Assembly (NCBI RefSeq): GCF_947568905.1
Contig: NC_079164.1
Span: 17,980,001-18,044,000, forward strand
DNA length: 64,000 nucleotides
Direction: 5' to 3'
Source of the DNA: Ostrea edulis
Taxonomy: Eukaryota
Positions 25,316-38,207 of this stretch are shown here, piece after piece (position 1 is the first letter of the stretch; every line of letters begins with the position of its first letter). The position numbers and the translations under genes were made by a program. Below the pieces are notes generated by a model, which searched no databases, was not told where the DNA came from, and saw only the letters and a program-made list of their open reading frames with translations.

Positions 25316-28118
25316 TCATATTAGTGGAAATTGTTGCGATTTAAAGAGAACTTGTAAAGAGCCTTGAGAATAGTGTTTTTGTGATCCTTTTTAAACCGAA
25401 CTTATAGCTAACTATTGAAATATTATTACCTACTGACATGCGCAAACGTACCTTGTACAATCATCCGAATTCTGTTTATTGTATTGATACATAACAGAGT
25501 ATGTCACAGGACTGACATTTGGAAAGTTTTATTCATATCAGGAAACAATAGCTTTTCTTTTGGATAATTTGATGGGTTTGACATTCGTATCATTGTGTGA
25601 TGTGTTAGAGAGGATTAAACATGTCTATCAGTAACTGTGGACAAGTGATCTGCCATACACCGGTCACTGTCGTAAGTACCCCACGACACTACACTCCTCT
25701 CCCTATAAGTTTTAATTTGCGTTTCCGGTGGATCACGATTTCTTTCACGGGTTTGCCATCAATAATTAATTCTATTCATTGTTTTGAGTTTCCTGTAAAA
25801 ATCCGTGTTTGTGAATATAAATGACTGTTGCAGATTGAGAAAAACAATTTTAATTCGTTGTGTTTTTGGAATTACCTCCTTGACAATACTGAGATTGTTT
25901 CGTTCAAGTATCTTGACATCCACTTCGCAAGCGCTGCTGAAGTGTGCTTAGAAAGCACGAGCATGGAAGAAGGGCTTTCTAACTGTCAAAATTGATTACA
26001 ACTATCTGAAATGAGATTCTCGTGTTTCTCTCTCTCTCCCTCTCTTTCCTCTCTTTCTTTCTTCCTACCTTTGTCTCTCTCAACCTATTGTAAATTCTAA
26101 CGTCGGTTTAAAGTAAGGTATATTTTAACACTTCTGTGAATTACACAGATTTTGGCATTCTTTATTTGAATGCACATTGTGTGTATATATATAGAGTTTC
26201 CGCAGTAAATTACCCACTTCATAATCACACAATTTTGGTGCCTACCTGTATAAAGTGTTATGAAAGAAGATTGAATTACTTGTAGAAATGTAAATATGGT
26301 CTTTTGTATCATTCAAGTTCTTGACACAAGTCCTATTACGGGCCTCTGTTTGAAAGGTTGTACTTGGGGTTCTTATGTTAACATAAGCGACAATTTGCCG
26401 ATTGTAAGTTCTGTAGCTTATTTGAAAATTAAATATCCCAGGTACTAATTGTGAATCAATATTGGTCAAGGAAGATGAAATCACACACCCATATTCCAAT
26501 TAAACATACAAATTTTCCCCTTAAACCAATACTCTGATTAAATGTTTTCCCTGTCAACGGGAATTAGGGCAGGTTGTTATTGAACAGTTTCGACTTTTTC
26601 ACGATTTTACCTCCACTTTTTCTTTCTACAAAAATATAAGTATAGGGTAATATTTAAACAGATTAAATCTCTATTAACTCAACAAACGATCTGCAAACCT
26701 TAAAGAACATGGCCCACGAACCATGAAAAATGGCCTAGTCTAGGATATTGATAATTTCTGTATATAATAATCTTCGGGATATAGGCTTTCTAGAAATGTT
26801 TTTCTTTTTTTCATATATTCTATACTTTTTTGTTAATATGACGTTGAATATTGTGGTATTTAATGTTAAAAAATTAACATTTCGGGATACACGTCACAAC
26901 AATAAACCTCCAATGACCATGTACAATGTACATGAACCTATAAATCTCTAAATATATCAAGTTATATGCACTCAAATAGCTAGAATGGCTTATTCAATGA
27001 TCATAATAAGCATTTTTGACCAAATTTGGGAAATAGAAATAAGAAATATTTTGGAAATGATGTTCAAAGCCGTGATTGTTCAACTTTACTTTTAAATTAT
27101 TTTTACTTGAATTTTAAAATACTGAAATAAGAAGAATAAATATAGTATGTAGTTTATTTACATGGTGAAAGAAGTGAATCATTGGAACAATTCTGTTTCA
27201 TATCATATTCCATAGTTTTGAGGGTTTTTTTTTTGTTTTCTCTATTATTATTATTATTTTTTTTTTAGTATTAAAACGACCGAGTATCGAAAGCAATGGT
27301 AACGAAATAAGTTGACACCGCGTCTCGTCAAAACATGTTCAATTCGAATTTACTCGGAATTACACGTTCAACGAGCATTTGCTGTGAAACCTGATTAAAG
27401 GAAAATTACTGTAGACACCTAATAGTAAGTATCAAATGATCTTTTTGTTACATGTACATGTAGATTTCATAGCGTGAATAATAACAACACAACACCGATA
27501 TAGGGGATCAGAGTCAGTATATTATTGACTCTGAAAATACGATTTGATAAATGATACTGTATAAATTTTACTGTATTTATCTTGATCAATAATTGTATAT
27601 TCCTATACGTATTAATCATGTAAAGATACTGAGGTCTTTTAACCTACAATTTTTTTAAATGTTTGTGCAATACATTATTGACTGACAGAACGTAATTCAT
27701 GAGCTGTGATCTAAAAATCTTCCAGGCATTAATATAGATTTGAATAGAATTACATCTAGATACATATTTGAAATAGGATATATCCTAAGGCACTGTAGTT
27801 TTAAATTGTTTGGATTATATTGCATTTACATGTAATGTATACATGCTTGTAAATGCCACAGAATGAGAAATAATCTAAATTGGCCTATTTTCATAATGTT
27901 CCCAAAATAGAAGTATCATGTACATCTATACAGGAAGTAACATTTACAAATCATGTTTGTTGTTTGTTATTTGCCAGTTAAGTATCATAATGATAATACT
28001 AGTAGTTCATAATAAGTAATTATTCTGCTAAAATCAAATACCCTTTTTATTGTCAACAAATACAACACTGGTAGAAAGGTTATAAAGCTTTTATCTAGCA
28101 CAAGTTTCCATATTCTAC

Positions 28119-30186
28119 AGGTTTACATATGTCAGCAAGTCCTCAAAAGCAGCTTTAGGGGTTCCCAGGAGATTCTGATGCTCACTGTTAGACTTTCACT
28201 GTCGTCAAAATCCAACCTTATTTTCTCTTTTCTCAAAACTTCAGCTCTCAAAAACTTGTTTTGATTAATTATGTCACTCCTGTTTTGTTGAACATGGTGT
28301 TGTCAGCAATAGGTTCAAGTTCTTCTATGTCTTGTTGTAGGTGATTTGTACAGAAGCGAGCCCCGGCAGGAATGATGGCCTCTTTTGAAATAAGATTTCA
28401 TGCCTTACTCCTACTGGGACTACAACTAACTTTGGACCTGGTCACTCGCAGATACAGCATGAAGTGTGCCCTCTTGATGTACATGGGGATGGGAGTGATA
28501 CAGAAGGGGGACTAATTGGAAGAACTGCTGCTGCTGCTGGTGGTGCTGGACTGTCTTGAATCTGTTGCCTAACCGACTTGATATTCTTCTGTTTAATATG
28601 GGAGCAACACACACACTCTGGCATATATTGCACAGAAAATCATGATCAGATGGTGCCCTCCCTATCAGAGTGGTGATCACTGACCTATATTTCTTTGAAA
28701 TCCTGGATCTGTGTTTTGGTTTTACTCTCCATGGACAGTTGAAACAGAGAAAGAATTAGGGACCACTCCTTGGCATATCTGAAATATTTATGTCATATAC
28801 ATGTAATTAAAATATACAATTTGGGTTGGATGAAAATCTTATCTTCATGTTAAAACCCATTAGCCTAGGTTATTTTTCCTAAAATCTCATTATAAATCAA
28901 TTAACTTGTTAATTAATGCTTGGTGAATCAATTGATAAATTGTATTCAAAAACTTGGAATTATTTTTTTTCCACTAATAAACTGAAAATGTGTATCTTCA
29001 AATGTTTTGTTGATTAATGTCAGTGTGACATATAGAGGGGGTATGGGGTTTACAACAATGTATATTACATGGTTAATTTATTTCTATTATGTAGTCCATG
29101 TAAATTTCTGTGGAAACGAGGAAGTTATCTATATTTGGTCTTTCCTATCCCGGGGTAGGAAAGACCGAATATAAATAACCCCCTCGTTTCCACGGAAATT
29201 AAGTCCATGAGAGCCTGAAATCTCCCAACCTGGGTCTGTTTAATGGACCCTTCCAAAGTCCTTTTTTAAGGAAAAAGTAAACCATTTTCCTAATCCAAAA
29301 AGAAAACTGGTGCAAAAACCATGCACATCTCCATACATGAAATAATATAAATAATAGAAAAATTATCAGTAGTATTGTAATACATTTTCGGGGGGATGGG
29401 GGTTTGCCGTTTCACCTTTATAGATTGTTTTTTTTTTCCTAACATTTAAAACATATCTTTTCAATATCAATTTTGTCTATAGCACAAAATAAAAATTCTA
29501 AAATCAATTAAAGCGTTTGATTTTCGTGTGTATATATAAAACAAAACGAAAGAAAAAAACTAGGATCCTCCACTAGTAAACTATGTTTTCCATTTAGAGT
29601 TATTACCCTTCAATCGAAAAAAAGTAAATATAATTAAGAGAATACTCTACATTTCAACACAAGTTATGTCAAATATTATTTAACAAGATATATTTTGATA
29701 TGTATTTAAATTGACCTACTTCATTAAAAACAAACTTTCTGTGTGTTTTTGTAGGTGTCTTTCCACGTATATACAAGGGACTTATGAATTTACGAACTTA
29801 AATAGTTAAAATTGAAAACAAAACGAAAATTTTTATCTCCGTTCGATGTATAAATATTGAGCGTTCAAACGACAAGTACAAATGTAAAATAGAAGAGCTT
29901 ACAGCCGTGTTTGACATTGCCGTAATATTCGGACATTTGTAAATGTAACACGTTGCTACAAATTTACAGTTATGATTGACAGACTTAATATTTTATAAGA
30001 AACTTTGAACTGTAGCCTATATTAATTAAACGTAGATCTACATAATTTGTAAAAATTATGAGAACCAATGGACAAATTCATACGATAGATCATACTGTCT
30101 GAATATATATCGCACATCTCCATGCGTAATACATGTGTACATGCTGGGCCTGTGTAATTGAAATGTTTACTGGGGTATTCCTAGAG

Positions 30187-30222
<36 letters not shown>

Positions 30223-30654
30223 CACCGATTGTGGTGAGGGCCTGTCCCGAGACACAGATTATTCTAACTAGGGTATTCCGTATGGCCGAATAAGTTTGTA
30301 CTGTACGTTTGATTCGAACATTCATTCTGTTTCGAACAATATAATTTTTAAAGTAACAAAAGGTAGGGAAATCGGTACTTTTAAAGCCATCGGAACGGAC
30401 TTCGGAATCAAACATACACGATAGGTTAACCCCCCCCCCCCCCCCCCCGTACCTTTTTACCATAGGCCATGACTCTCATATTTACTCGTTTAGATATTGA
30501 TTTTTTATTTTAAAAAATATATAACAACATAAAAACTCACCTCTTTGCTGTTTCTTTTTGAGTCTTATCAACTGTGTTAGGTGTATGTATTGACTTCCTT
30601 GGAATCTGACGTTTCCAGACGACACTTTTGTTATTTTTTTTTTTTTTTCGACAT
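28119..30654 (-). pseudogene. Decayed spliced transposase gene, DDE_Tnp_4 (PIF/Harbinger-ISL2EU/KolobokP)-like N-terminal region
   Basis: 28119-28778 gives SLPSPCTSRGHTSCCICE*PGPKLVVVP / IIPAGARFCTNHL / KIRLDFDDSESL / QNLLGTPKAAFEDLL with stops and frameshifts. Acceptor ATTTCAG at 28779-28785. Candidate upstream exon 30541-30654 (ATG, donor AG|GTGAGT) is disrupted by a 15-nt A run. Confidence 0.5.
29101..29201. mobile_element. 101-bp hairpin micro-MITE with 8-bp TSD
   Basis: ~45-bp imperfect arms (ATTTCTGTGGAAACGAGG...TCTTTCCTA / TAGGAAAGA...CCTCGTTTCCACGGAAAT). AGTCCATG at 29093-29100 and 29202-29209. Confidence 0.8.
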
Positions 30655-31666
30655 GGCCGCATTGCTTACGAGTTAATTTTTTTGATGGAAAGTGTTAATC
30701 TAACTTTGCATTTTAATTTTAGTTTACAAAATTGAGTCGTGAGTAATGCGGCCCATGTGAATTTATAGACTGAAGTTGGCAAATTTATGCGATTTTCCCG
30801 GAAAACGTGAAACTGCGGTAGGTTTGGGCATTTACTTGAGTGCTTTAAACATCCGGTGTGAGGAAACGATTGCGCAATACAACTTGGCTCATGTTATGGA
30901 TAAAAAATATAATCTTAGATTTATTCTAAAGTGTTCTTTAATTTTTCCAAATTTGGTAGGCCAAAAATGGCATATTGTGGGTCATGTTCTTTGATGTCTT
31001 CATTTTCATACATGATCAGTTGCAAGCCAGTCTGTTCCTGTAAAGCATATTTTAAATTTTAAAAAATTGGGGAAAAAAATAAATTAAGCTATTAGGTATA
31101 TAACATCCTATAAATTATCGACTTTTTATCATGGGACAAAAGTATGTAGACGTTTTACCTTTTAATTTCTTTATCATGAACATCTCTGTAACATGTGCTT
31201 CCAGTATGTACATGTATATAAGTTTTATTCTATTGGTATGATAAATTTTATTACAAAGTTTAAAGATCAGAAAAAAGGCAAGCACAAAAAAAGACCCAGC
31301 TAATCAAGAAGAGAGTCTATAAATTAAAGAGAGTAAAAAAAAAATGAGACCCGGCTAATCAAGAAGAGAGAGAGTGGATAATCAGACGTTTAAATGATCT
31401 TACTCATTAGTCATTCAAACTAAAAGCATCTTTGTATTTTAAAGGAGCAACAATGCTAAGCCGATATTAGGGAGATAAACGGGCAGGGTTTTGTGGTAAA
31501 ACTGGTTCAAGTTTGAACAAATGCTTCGATCTACGTGCCGAAATTAATTCTGTTACTAATTTCGACAGCCACGATGGTGTGTATTTTGAAACATGCTTCG
31601 AATTCAAATACTTTTGGGTATGATTTTAGTCGTTTGATAATAATAGCAAAATTTCTTTTCTTTCAG

Positions 31667-34600
31667 TTTGGTTCTAATAACGGGAAAACCTCGTCGAAAT
31701 GTTCTAAAGACACAACATATTGTCCGTCTGGTAAGTTATATCTAAATATTCTTATTCTCACTAATAAATATAACATTCATTATTCAGTGAGAACTAATTA
31801 GCGGATCTTTGTCAAACCTAGAATTCACTTTGAATATGAAAAATCGATGATGTACTAATTTAATTATTTATCATAACATTCTGTGAAACACCACAGTGTT
31901 CTGCAGCTTCAGACAGAACTCCCGATGGGTGAACATTTACATTATATATGAATATTTCGCGATTTGAGGCAGAAATATATTGAAACCACTTTCCGATTCT
32001 CATAAAATTGAGACTATATGCATTTTATCGACGATAAAATAGCACAAATCAGCAGAAGTAACAAATCTATCTCCGCAGCAAACGGAAGCCTTAATCTTGG
32101 AAGTGACTTCTAAGAGCTGGAAAAGACAGGCTTGCCACTGGGCAACGTAAACCGTGGAAATCAATACATAAGGCCCCGTTTGTTTCTCTTGCAATGTCAG
32201 TTTCATTATTCCGTAATGAACGACCGGAGCTAATTTCCAATATCTATTTTTCCTGACTCCAAGAAGCGGAATGCAATGATCACAGCAATTAAACTTTTCC
32301 TACAGACGATCTCAAGAGGCGTAGAGCATTGATAGTTTCTCCGATATAACACTCTTGACACAGGAGAACATTAATTGAAACATGTTTAATTGATACAGGA
32401 AGGGGCGCTGTGGTAGATATTCCCATCATATGGGTTGCATAGAAATTTGCTATAAACCAGATTATATTGAATTGATCAGCATGATTGGTGCTTCAGTGTA
32501 CTTGAGTAAGGCCGCTCAGAATTGACCACGACAAATTGCATTATTCAGAGAGAGAATTAGTTTATATGTAAATGAAGCCCTAGACCAGCCATATTTTAAA
32601 GTGATCGTCGTACTATTTGATCCATATGTTTAGGGAATAGGTTTTCAGGATTCCGGATATGAAGCAACATGTTGCTCTGTATTCTGATAACTGGTTCCTG
32701 CATGTTTCATATTGTTGCACAAATTTTGTTTGACTTCTATCATTCTTTTAAAAGGTTAAGACCCCTTTGAAATAACGCTGGAAAGTCAAGTATGCATCAC
32801 GAATACGCACTCTTTTCTTCCTGCACGGTCTTAAGCGTTTTGATGTCTACGTAAATCAAAATATGTAACCAAGAGATATTATAACAAGAGATTAGCTTTT
32901 ATTCCGACCATAGTTTACAAAGAAACATCAAATATACTATTATAAGTCTGCTTCAGGTAAAGTCCAGCGTTGCATACAAATAAAAGTATGTAAAATCTCT
33001 TTTACTTGTCATGTGACTATGATAGTCTGGCCCCGCCCACCCACGCTGTCAGAATCTCCTGACTACATGTAACTCCTAGAGAGTCCCTAAACAATGGACA
33101 GGAAGTGACGTATAAATACCAGAGATTACGCCAAAGCTTAGGCTTAGATGTGTTCTCCGAGATCAAAAATGTTAAGTTCTGGACAATGGGGTAGTGGGAG
33201 ATTTGTTGTAGCTTGGGGAAATAAGATAATGTCCTTGATTACTCTCTGACTCCTTGATGTAGTTTGAATTCAGTTCTGCTGGAAGAATCTTAAATCCGCA
33301 TTAATTCTAACCTTTTCGATGAAAAAGAAAAGAAAATTAATTTATTCTACAACAAAGGTAATCAACAGCAAACAATGAAACTGGTCGATCTCGGGACTTA
33401 CTATCAACAGAAAACTTTACATTTGAATTGTAAATTTTTATGTTTGCTTTATAGATTTAAGAAAAATATAATCTTCACTACTTGATAATGAAATATAGTC
33501 GATTTTTATTTTGAAATAGGGACTTCTTAAAATAGAACTGTGAGTATACATATACCCGGGTATTATTGCTTTCTTTTAGTTAGAGTTCATCTGTAACGGG
33601 ATACAATGTATATATGAATAAAGGAGAAATGAACAACGTGGAAGTATATGTTAGTCTACCGGTCCCCATTCACAGACATGATGAAAGTCACACTTGGTCT
33701 ATAGTTGTCTATTAGCAAAACACATAGTGAATTTCATATTGATATTTTCCAATTGCTAATTCCAAATGTAATTTTTTGTGCAAAGGGCTGTAAGTCTTGT
33801 GAAAGTGGGTCAACGATTAAACCATCAGAATCCTTCACAGCAAGTTTTCGTATAAACATTTCAAAGCACAGGGGCTAAGCCCGTTTTGGGCCCGAACTCT
33901 GTGATACCATAAATATAGAGTATCACAGAGTTCGGGCCCAAAACGGGCTTAGCCCCTGTGTTTCAAAGCATGCCTGAAAAGAGGTTTTATATGAAGGGGT
34001 TTATATCTCGTAAAATTATGTCAGTCGTACGGAAAGTGGATTTTCACTGGACTAAATCGATACCTAAATTATATTTGTCAGTCATACATCAAGCTGTAAA
34101 TTATCATAGAAATGGAAACTGTTAAACATATCAATGTATTTTAAAATATTATATTGCTTCATTATCATTATATGATAACTATACCTGTATGACCTTGACC
34201 ATGTATTTGTATGGAGAGGGCTTATATAGGCAACGCCTGTTGTCCAATCCTTTTATGTATTATACATAATAAAATATTGTTTAAATTACAAAGAATAGAA
34301 GACCTATAATCTCTGACGATTTCGCCTATACTAAAACTAAGAAATCCTAAAATTCGAACCAGAGACGACAGTTCTGAAATTGCACCAAGAAACTCCTATA
34401 TTATGGAACTCTATTTTTGTTGTAGGTCATTATTATGAGGCCTGTGCCCAGGATAAAGGTGCCCGCTGTGTTCAGTGCGACTCCAGGTCCTATCAGCCCG
34501 ACAGAAATGGACCACTGGACAAATGTAAAACAAAGTAGGTCGTCAGTGCAGAGTCTTCTCCGTCATGTATACTGATGCATTAACAACTAACACGAATAAA

Positions 34601-36703
34601 GTTAGTCTTCCCACGCCGATATCCCTGGTAACGGAATTATTTTTTGTGCTTTTTAGGACGACTTGTGATCGCCGCCACATGGAGTACGCTGACCGGGGAA
34701 GCACGGTTAGGGACGCTAAATGTCGATGTTCTCCGGGATACCACTTCCTAAATTCTGACCACACCCACTGTGTCGGAAACACGGTGTGCCCCGTGGGAAA
34801 GGGACAAACAGATTATGGTAAGTCTAATACTCCATCACTAATTCTACAAAAATGAAAAGCCTTTTGATTCCTTCCTGGAGTGTAATTTTAATGTAACTCA
34901 TAATTATTTGCAGGACAATGTGAAGATTGTCACAAACGTAACATGTACTCGGACAGGGCGGATACAGTACAGCGATGTCAAGTACTCAGAAAGTAAGCCA
35001 CTTTTTGATGGGTTTACACTTCTTTCTTTCAGAGTCTGTTGCGCTATAAATCTTGATGTTAGCTAGGCAATGATCTGTCATATCCAGAAATCAATGTCAA
35101 GAATAAAAGACTACAATATTGCAACTTATTTCTTTTGCAGTTGTGAGAAAGAAAACCGCTGCACAAAACGGCGCAGTAACGGGACCTTCAATAATGAATG
35201 TGATTTGCCCACAAAAGGTAAGCTTTCTTCGTTTGTTATGACGTATCATTTACTAATGGAATCCTCCTCTTGGACATCAACATTTTTCTTGTCATTGTTA
35301 CAGATATATCAAACTGCACGGACCCCCGACCAATGACCGACCAGCAGAAGGCTCTGCAGTCGAGGACCGCAGCCCCCATCTTCGCAGGCGCAGCAGTCGG
35401 TGCCATTGTTCTCCTCGTCTTGATCTTCTTCCTGATCATGTTCTTACTATGGAAACGTCGTCGCGCGCAGTCGAAGGAGGACGCACTCTCCAGGGACCAG
35501 ATAGAAAGTTTATTAGAAAGAATTGTCACCCGGTCAGAGGGAGATGAACCTTACAGTAGAAAAGGTAGCTACATCTGTTTGATCACTAATCAACCAAAGA
35601 ATGATATCCAGAAAAAAAATGTACGTCTGTGAGAAATTTTAATTTTATCCACCATCGATTTTGTTTCAGTTATCGCTGCGGCCTTCCGTGAGATTGAGGA
35701 CAGAATAGACCGTCAGATCTGGAAGCTTCCACAGGAATTATTCAGAGAACACATGCAGCCCGCCATGTATGAGGTCATCGTGGAAAAATACAAAGGTAGC
35801 AGCTCTTAAACTTAACCTCTCAGCGTTGCTAGTTCCTACCAACTTCTTAACGCTGCTAGTCCAAACCACTTCTGTTAATTCTAAATCTTTTCTCCTGTGC
35901 ATTTTATTGGTATTCTTAAAAAACAACATGTTTAATCTATTCAGAAAAAGACCACAAATACGCCATAAACGGGTACCTCCAGGATTGGAGAGAATGGAAG
36001 GGAGAGAACTCAGAGGCTATCAATCATCTGTTTAAGTGTCTTAGACTGGTAGAGAGAGAGGACATTGTGTATGAAATCTGCAATAAATTCAGAGAAGGTA
36101 AATGCATATCCAGTTCGCAACAATACTGAGAACATTTGTCTAAAATAGATAGCGAGAAGAAATAAGTCTCCGGATACAGTATAAATAGAATTGCAAAAAA
36201 CATTCATTTTCATTGGCTTACATTTTATAGATTCAAAAATTACCTTTTACCTAACATCACAACATTAATTTTATTCAGTTGTATTGTAAATATACAAAAT
36301 AAATATTTGTTCAGGTTACCCAGAGGTTGTTATGGACGCAGAAGTCAAGCTAGACAATGGAATCGTCAAGAAAAGAAGCGACAAGATCACTTTCAAAGAG
36401 TATCTCCATGAAACTCTATGTTGTTCATCGAAACGTAAGCGCTATGTCGAAAAGGATGAACCAATGGAAACACAGGACTCCTTATTGTCTCCACAAGATG
36501 CGAAAGCAAAGGAAGCGGAAGTGAACGAGAAAGATAAAATAAGTGAACCTGATGACGTTCCGCCGTTGTCACCCTCTGAAGCCGGTGCTATATATAGAGA
36601 AAGACCAAGCCCCAGTGCCCCCGTCATTGATGACGCAGGAAACGTACACGTCATAATTCCCATGAACAGAGCTTATTCGTTTCCGGTTCAAGCAAGTTCG
36701 TGA
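31667..36703 (+). CDS. TNF receptor superfamily member with death-domain-like region (exons 2-10)
   Basis: Exons 31667-31730, 34426-34534, 34657-34817, 34914-34992, 35141-35217, 35304-35564, 35670-35795, 35945-36097, 36315-36703. All introns are GT-AG and all phases agree (0,1,2,1,2,1,1,1,1). TNFR-type Cys repeats (CPSGHYYEAC..RCVQC..SY; [15 protein letters not shown]; CPVGKG; CEDC..MYS), TM helix [29 protein letters not shown], and a death-domain-like end [28 protein letters not shown]. 483 aa with exon 7466-7498. Confidence 0.9.
32100..32900 (-). mobile_element. Decayed Penelope-like element, C-terminal GIY-YIG endonuclease region
   Basis: Minus strand reads [19 protein letters not shown] (YIGET at 32334-32348), matching the PLE CxxCxxxYIGET signature. 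A degenerate RT-EN linker lies upstream. Confidence 0.55.
33867..33960. mobile_element. 94-bp perfect-hairpin micro-MITE with 8-bp TSD (P- or hAT-type)
   Basis: Perfect 41-bp arms CACAGGGGCTAAGCCCGTTTTGGGCCCGAACTCTGTGATAC with a 12-nt loop. TTTCAAAG at 33859-33866 and 33961-33968. Confidence 0.9.
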
Positions 36704-37790
36704 TCGCATCTTATGAAATTGTAAACAAGGTGCAATTTACAGCATCAAATGCTTTAATGTGCAATGATCACTGCATTCCGAGTGTGTTCATGGAGGGTGA
36801 AAAATGTATTTTAAACAATTTTGGGCATTAAGTCTTTCATTAAGAATGGGAGCAGCCCTGCCTCATGAAAGCTCGTTTACTTTCGGTACAGTACAAAGCA
36901 CGCCACGTGTATGTGTGTGTAAATCGACTTTGTTTTATGTGGACATGGACTTTCATGGTGAATTTTATTTTGATATTCGATGTAGTTGCTTTCCAATATG
37001 GCGTGAAAGGCATTGCAATACTTAAATACTGACAACGAGATTGTGTGTATGCCATGACCTTAGATTCTACATTGAGGCAGAATATTCAATATAACTTGTT
37101 TCATGTTCATTTTGTTTAATGAGATCTGAGGTGGCTATTCCATATAGATTGCGCTGGTGCTGTGGTCTAATCATTATCTAAATTATTCTTGATAAGATAT
37201 TTAATTATAGTAATAACAGCAATATTCTGGTGTGGGATTATGGATGATAAACGATATTCGCCATTTTGTTGCCAAAGAAACAATTTATCAGTAACTGATA
37301 TGAAACCGTTTATTCCATGGTTTCTCATTAAGTCGGGTTAAAATCCTTAATCAATGCGTTGTCGTCGTGTTATCTATTACAATTTACATCGTACAGCACG
37401 AAAGCTCGTGTTAAGTATGTAATCTGGCAGAATCATTGCCACCCTTGCAGCAGAAATTAAAATCCATAGATGGAAACGACACAGATTTAGATTTGTTTTG
37501 ACAGCATGTAATTTTTTTTTTGTCATCGATAACCGAGGGAGCTTGGTATCAAGGGAGTTTTACATACTTAACACAATTCTTCGTTCACAGATCAATGGTG
37601 TTTTTAAAAAAAAAATGAAATTAATATATTGTTACATACACTGCTGTTGCAAGTGCTTACTAGTATTCTTTTGGCTGTTGTAGTTTAGTGCTGTGTGAAA
37701 AAGAAGCAATTTATCATATTCAATTCATGTATGTATCTTTTTTATTGACATAATCAAATTCATTGACGAATGACTTAATTCAACTAGCTA

Positions 37791-37796
37791 AATAAA
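37791..37796 (+). promoter_or_regulatory. Candidate polyadenylation signal of the TNFR-like gene
   Basis: AATAAA about 1.1 kb after the stop codon, followed by GT/T-rich sequence. Confidence 0.3.
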
Positions 37797-38207
37797 ATGT
37801 GTATTTTAATATGGCTGTGTTTCTTCTTACCTGAGCGTTAAAACATGGTGGGAAGCAGTGATGTACATGCAAAGGGCATGCTTTTAGCAACACACTGAAT
37901 CCGAATCATTCCGGTAATTAAAATCGTGCAAACAGTCTTGGAGGTTATCGAGAAAAAGTGATTTCTTTTCAGATTCACATTCACCGTTCAACGGTATTAG
38001 ATTATGTATTTCATTAATCTATGGCCACATGCATGGCATGATATTCACGATATATTTCAGAAATTAATGTTTAGGCACACATTCAAAAGGACTAAATTAA
38101 AAAGCTTCAAAGAAAAACCAAACCTTATTCTATTTCCTGAACGAGCCCATGTTTAATACAGTAACTGTTTCAAATGTCATACTTTGTCTCTTTTGCAGTT
38201 ATTTAGA

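Noticed and set aside
31535-31666. In-frame upstream extension PKLILLLISTATMV as an alternative TNFR signal peptide
   Set aside because: It starts at GTG with no in-frame ATG before the hydrophobic stretch, and it runs through a strong polypyrimidine-AG acceptor at 31666.
35070-36035. Track ORFs 35070-35336, 35270-35632, 35769-36035 and antisense ORFs as separate genes
   Set aside because: They are exon read-throughs into introns, or shadows of the TNFR exons.
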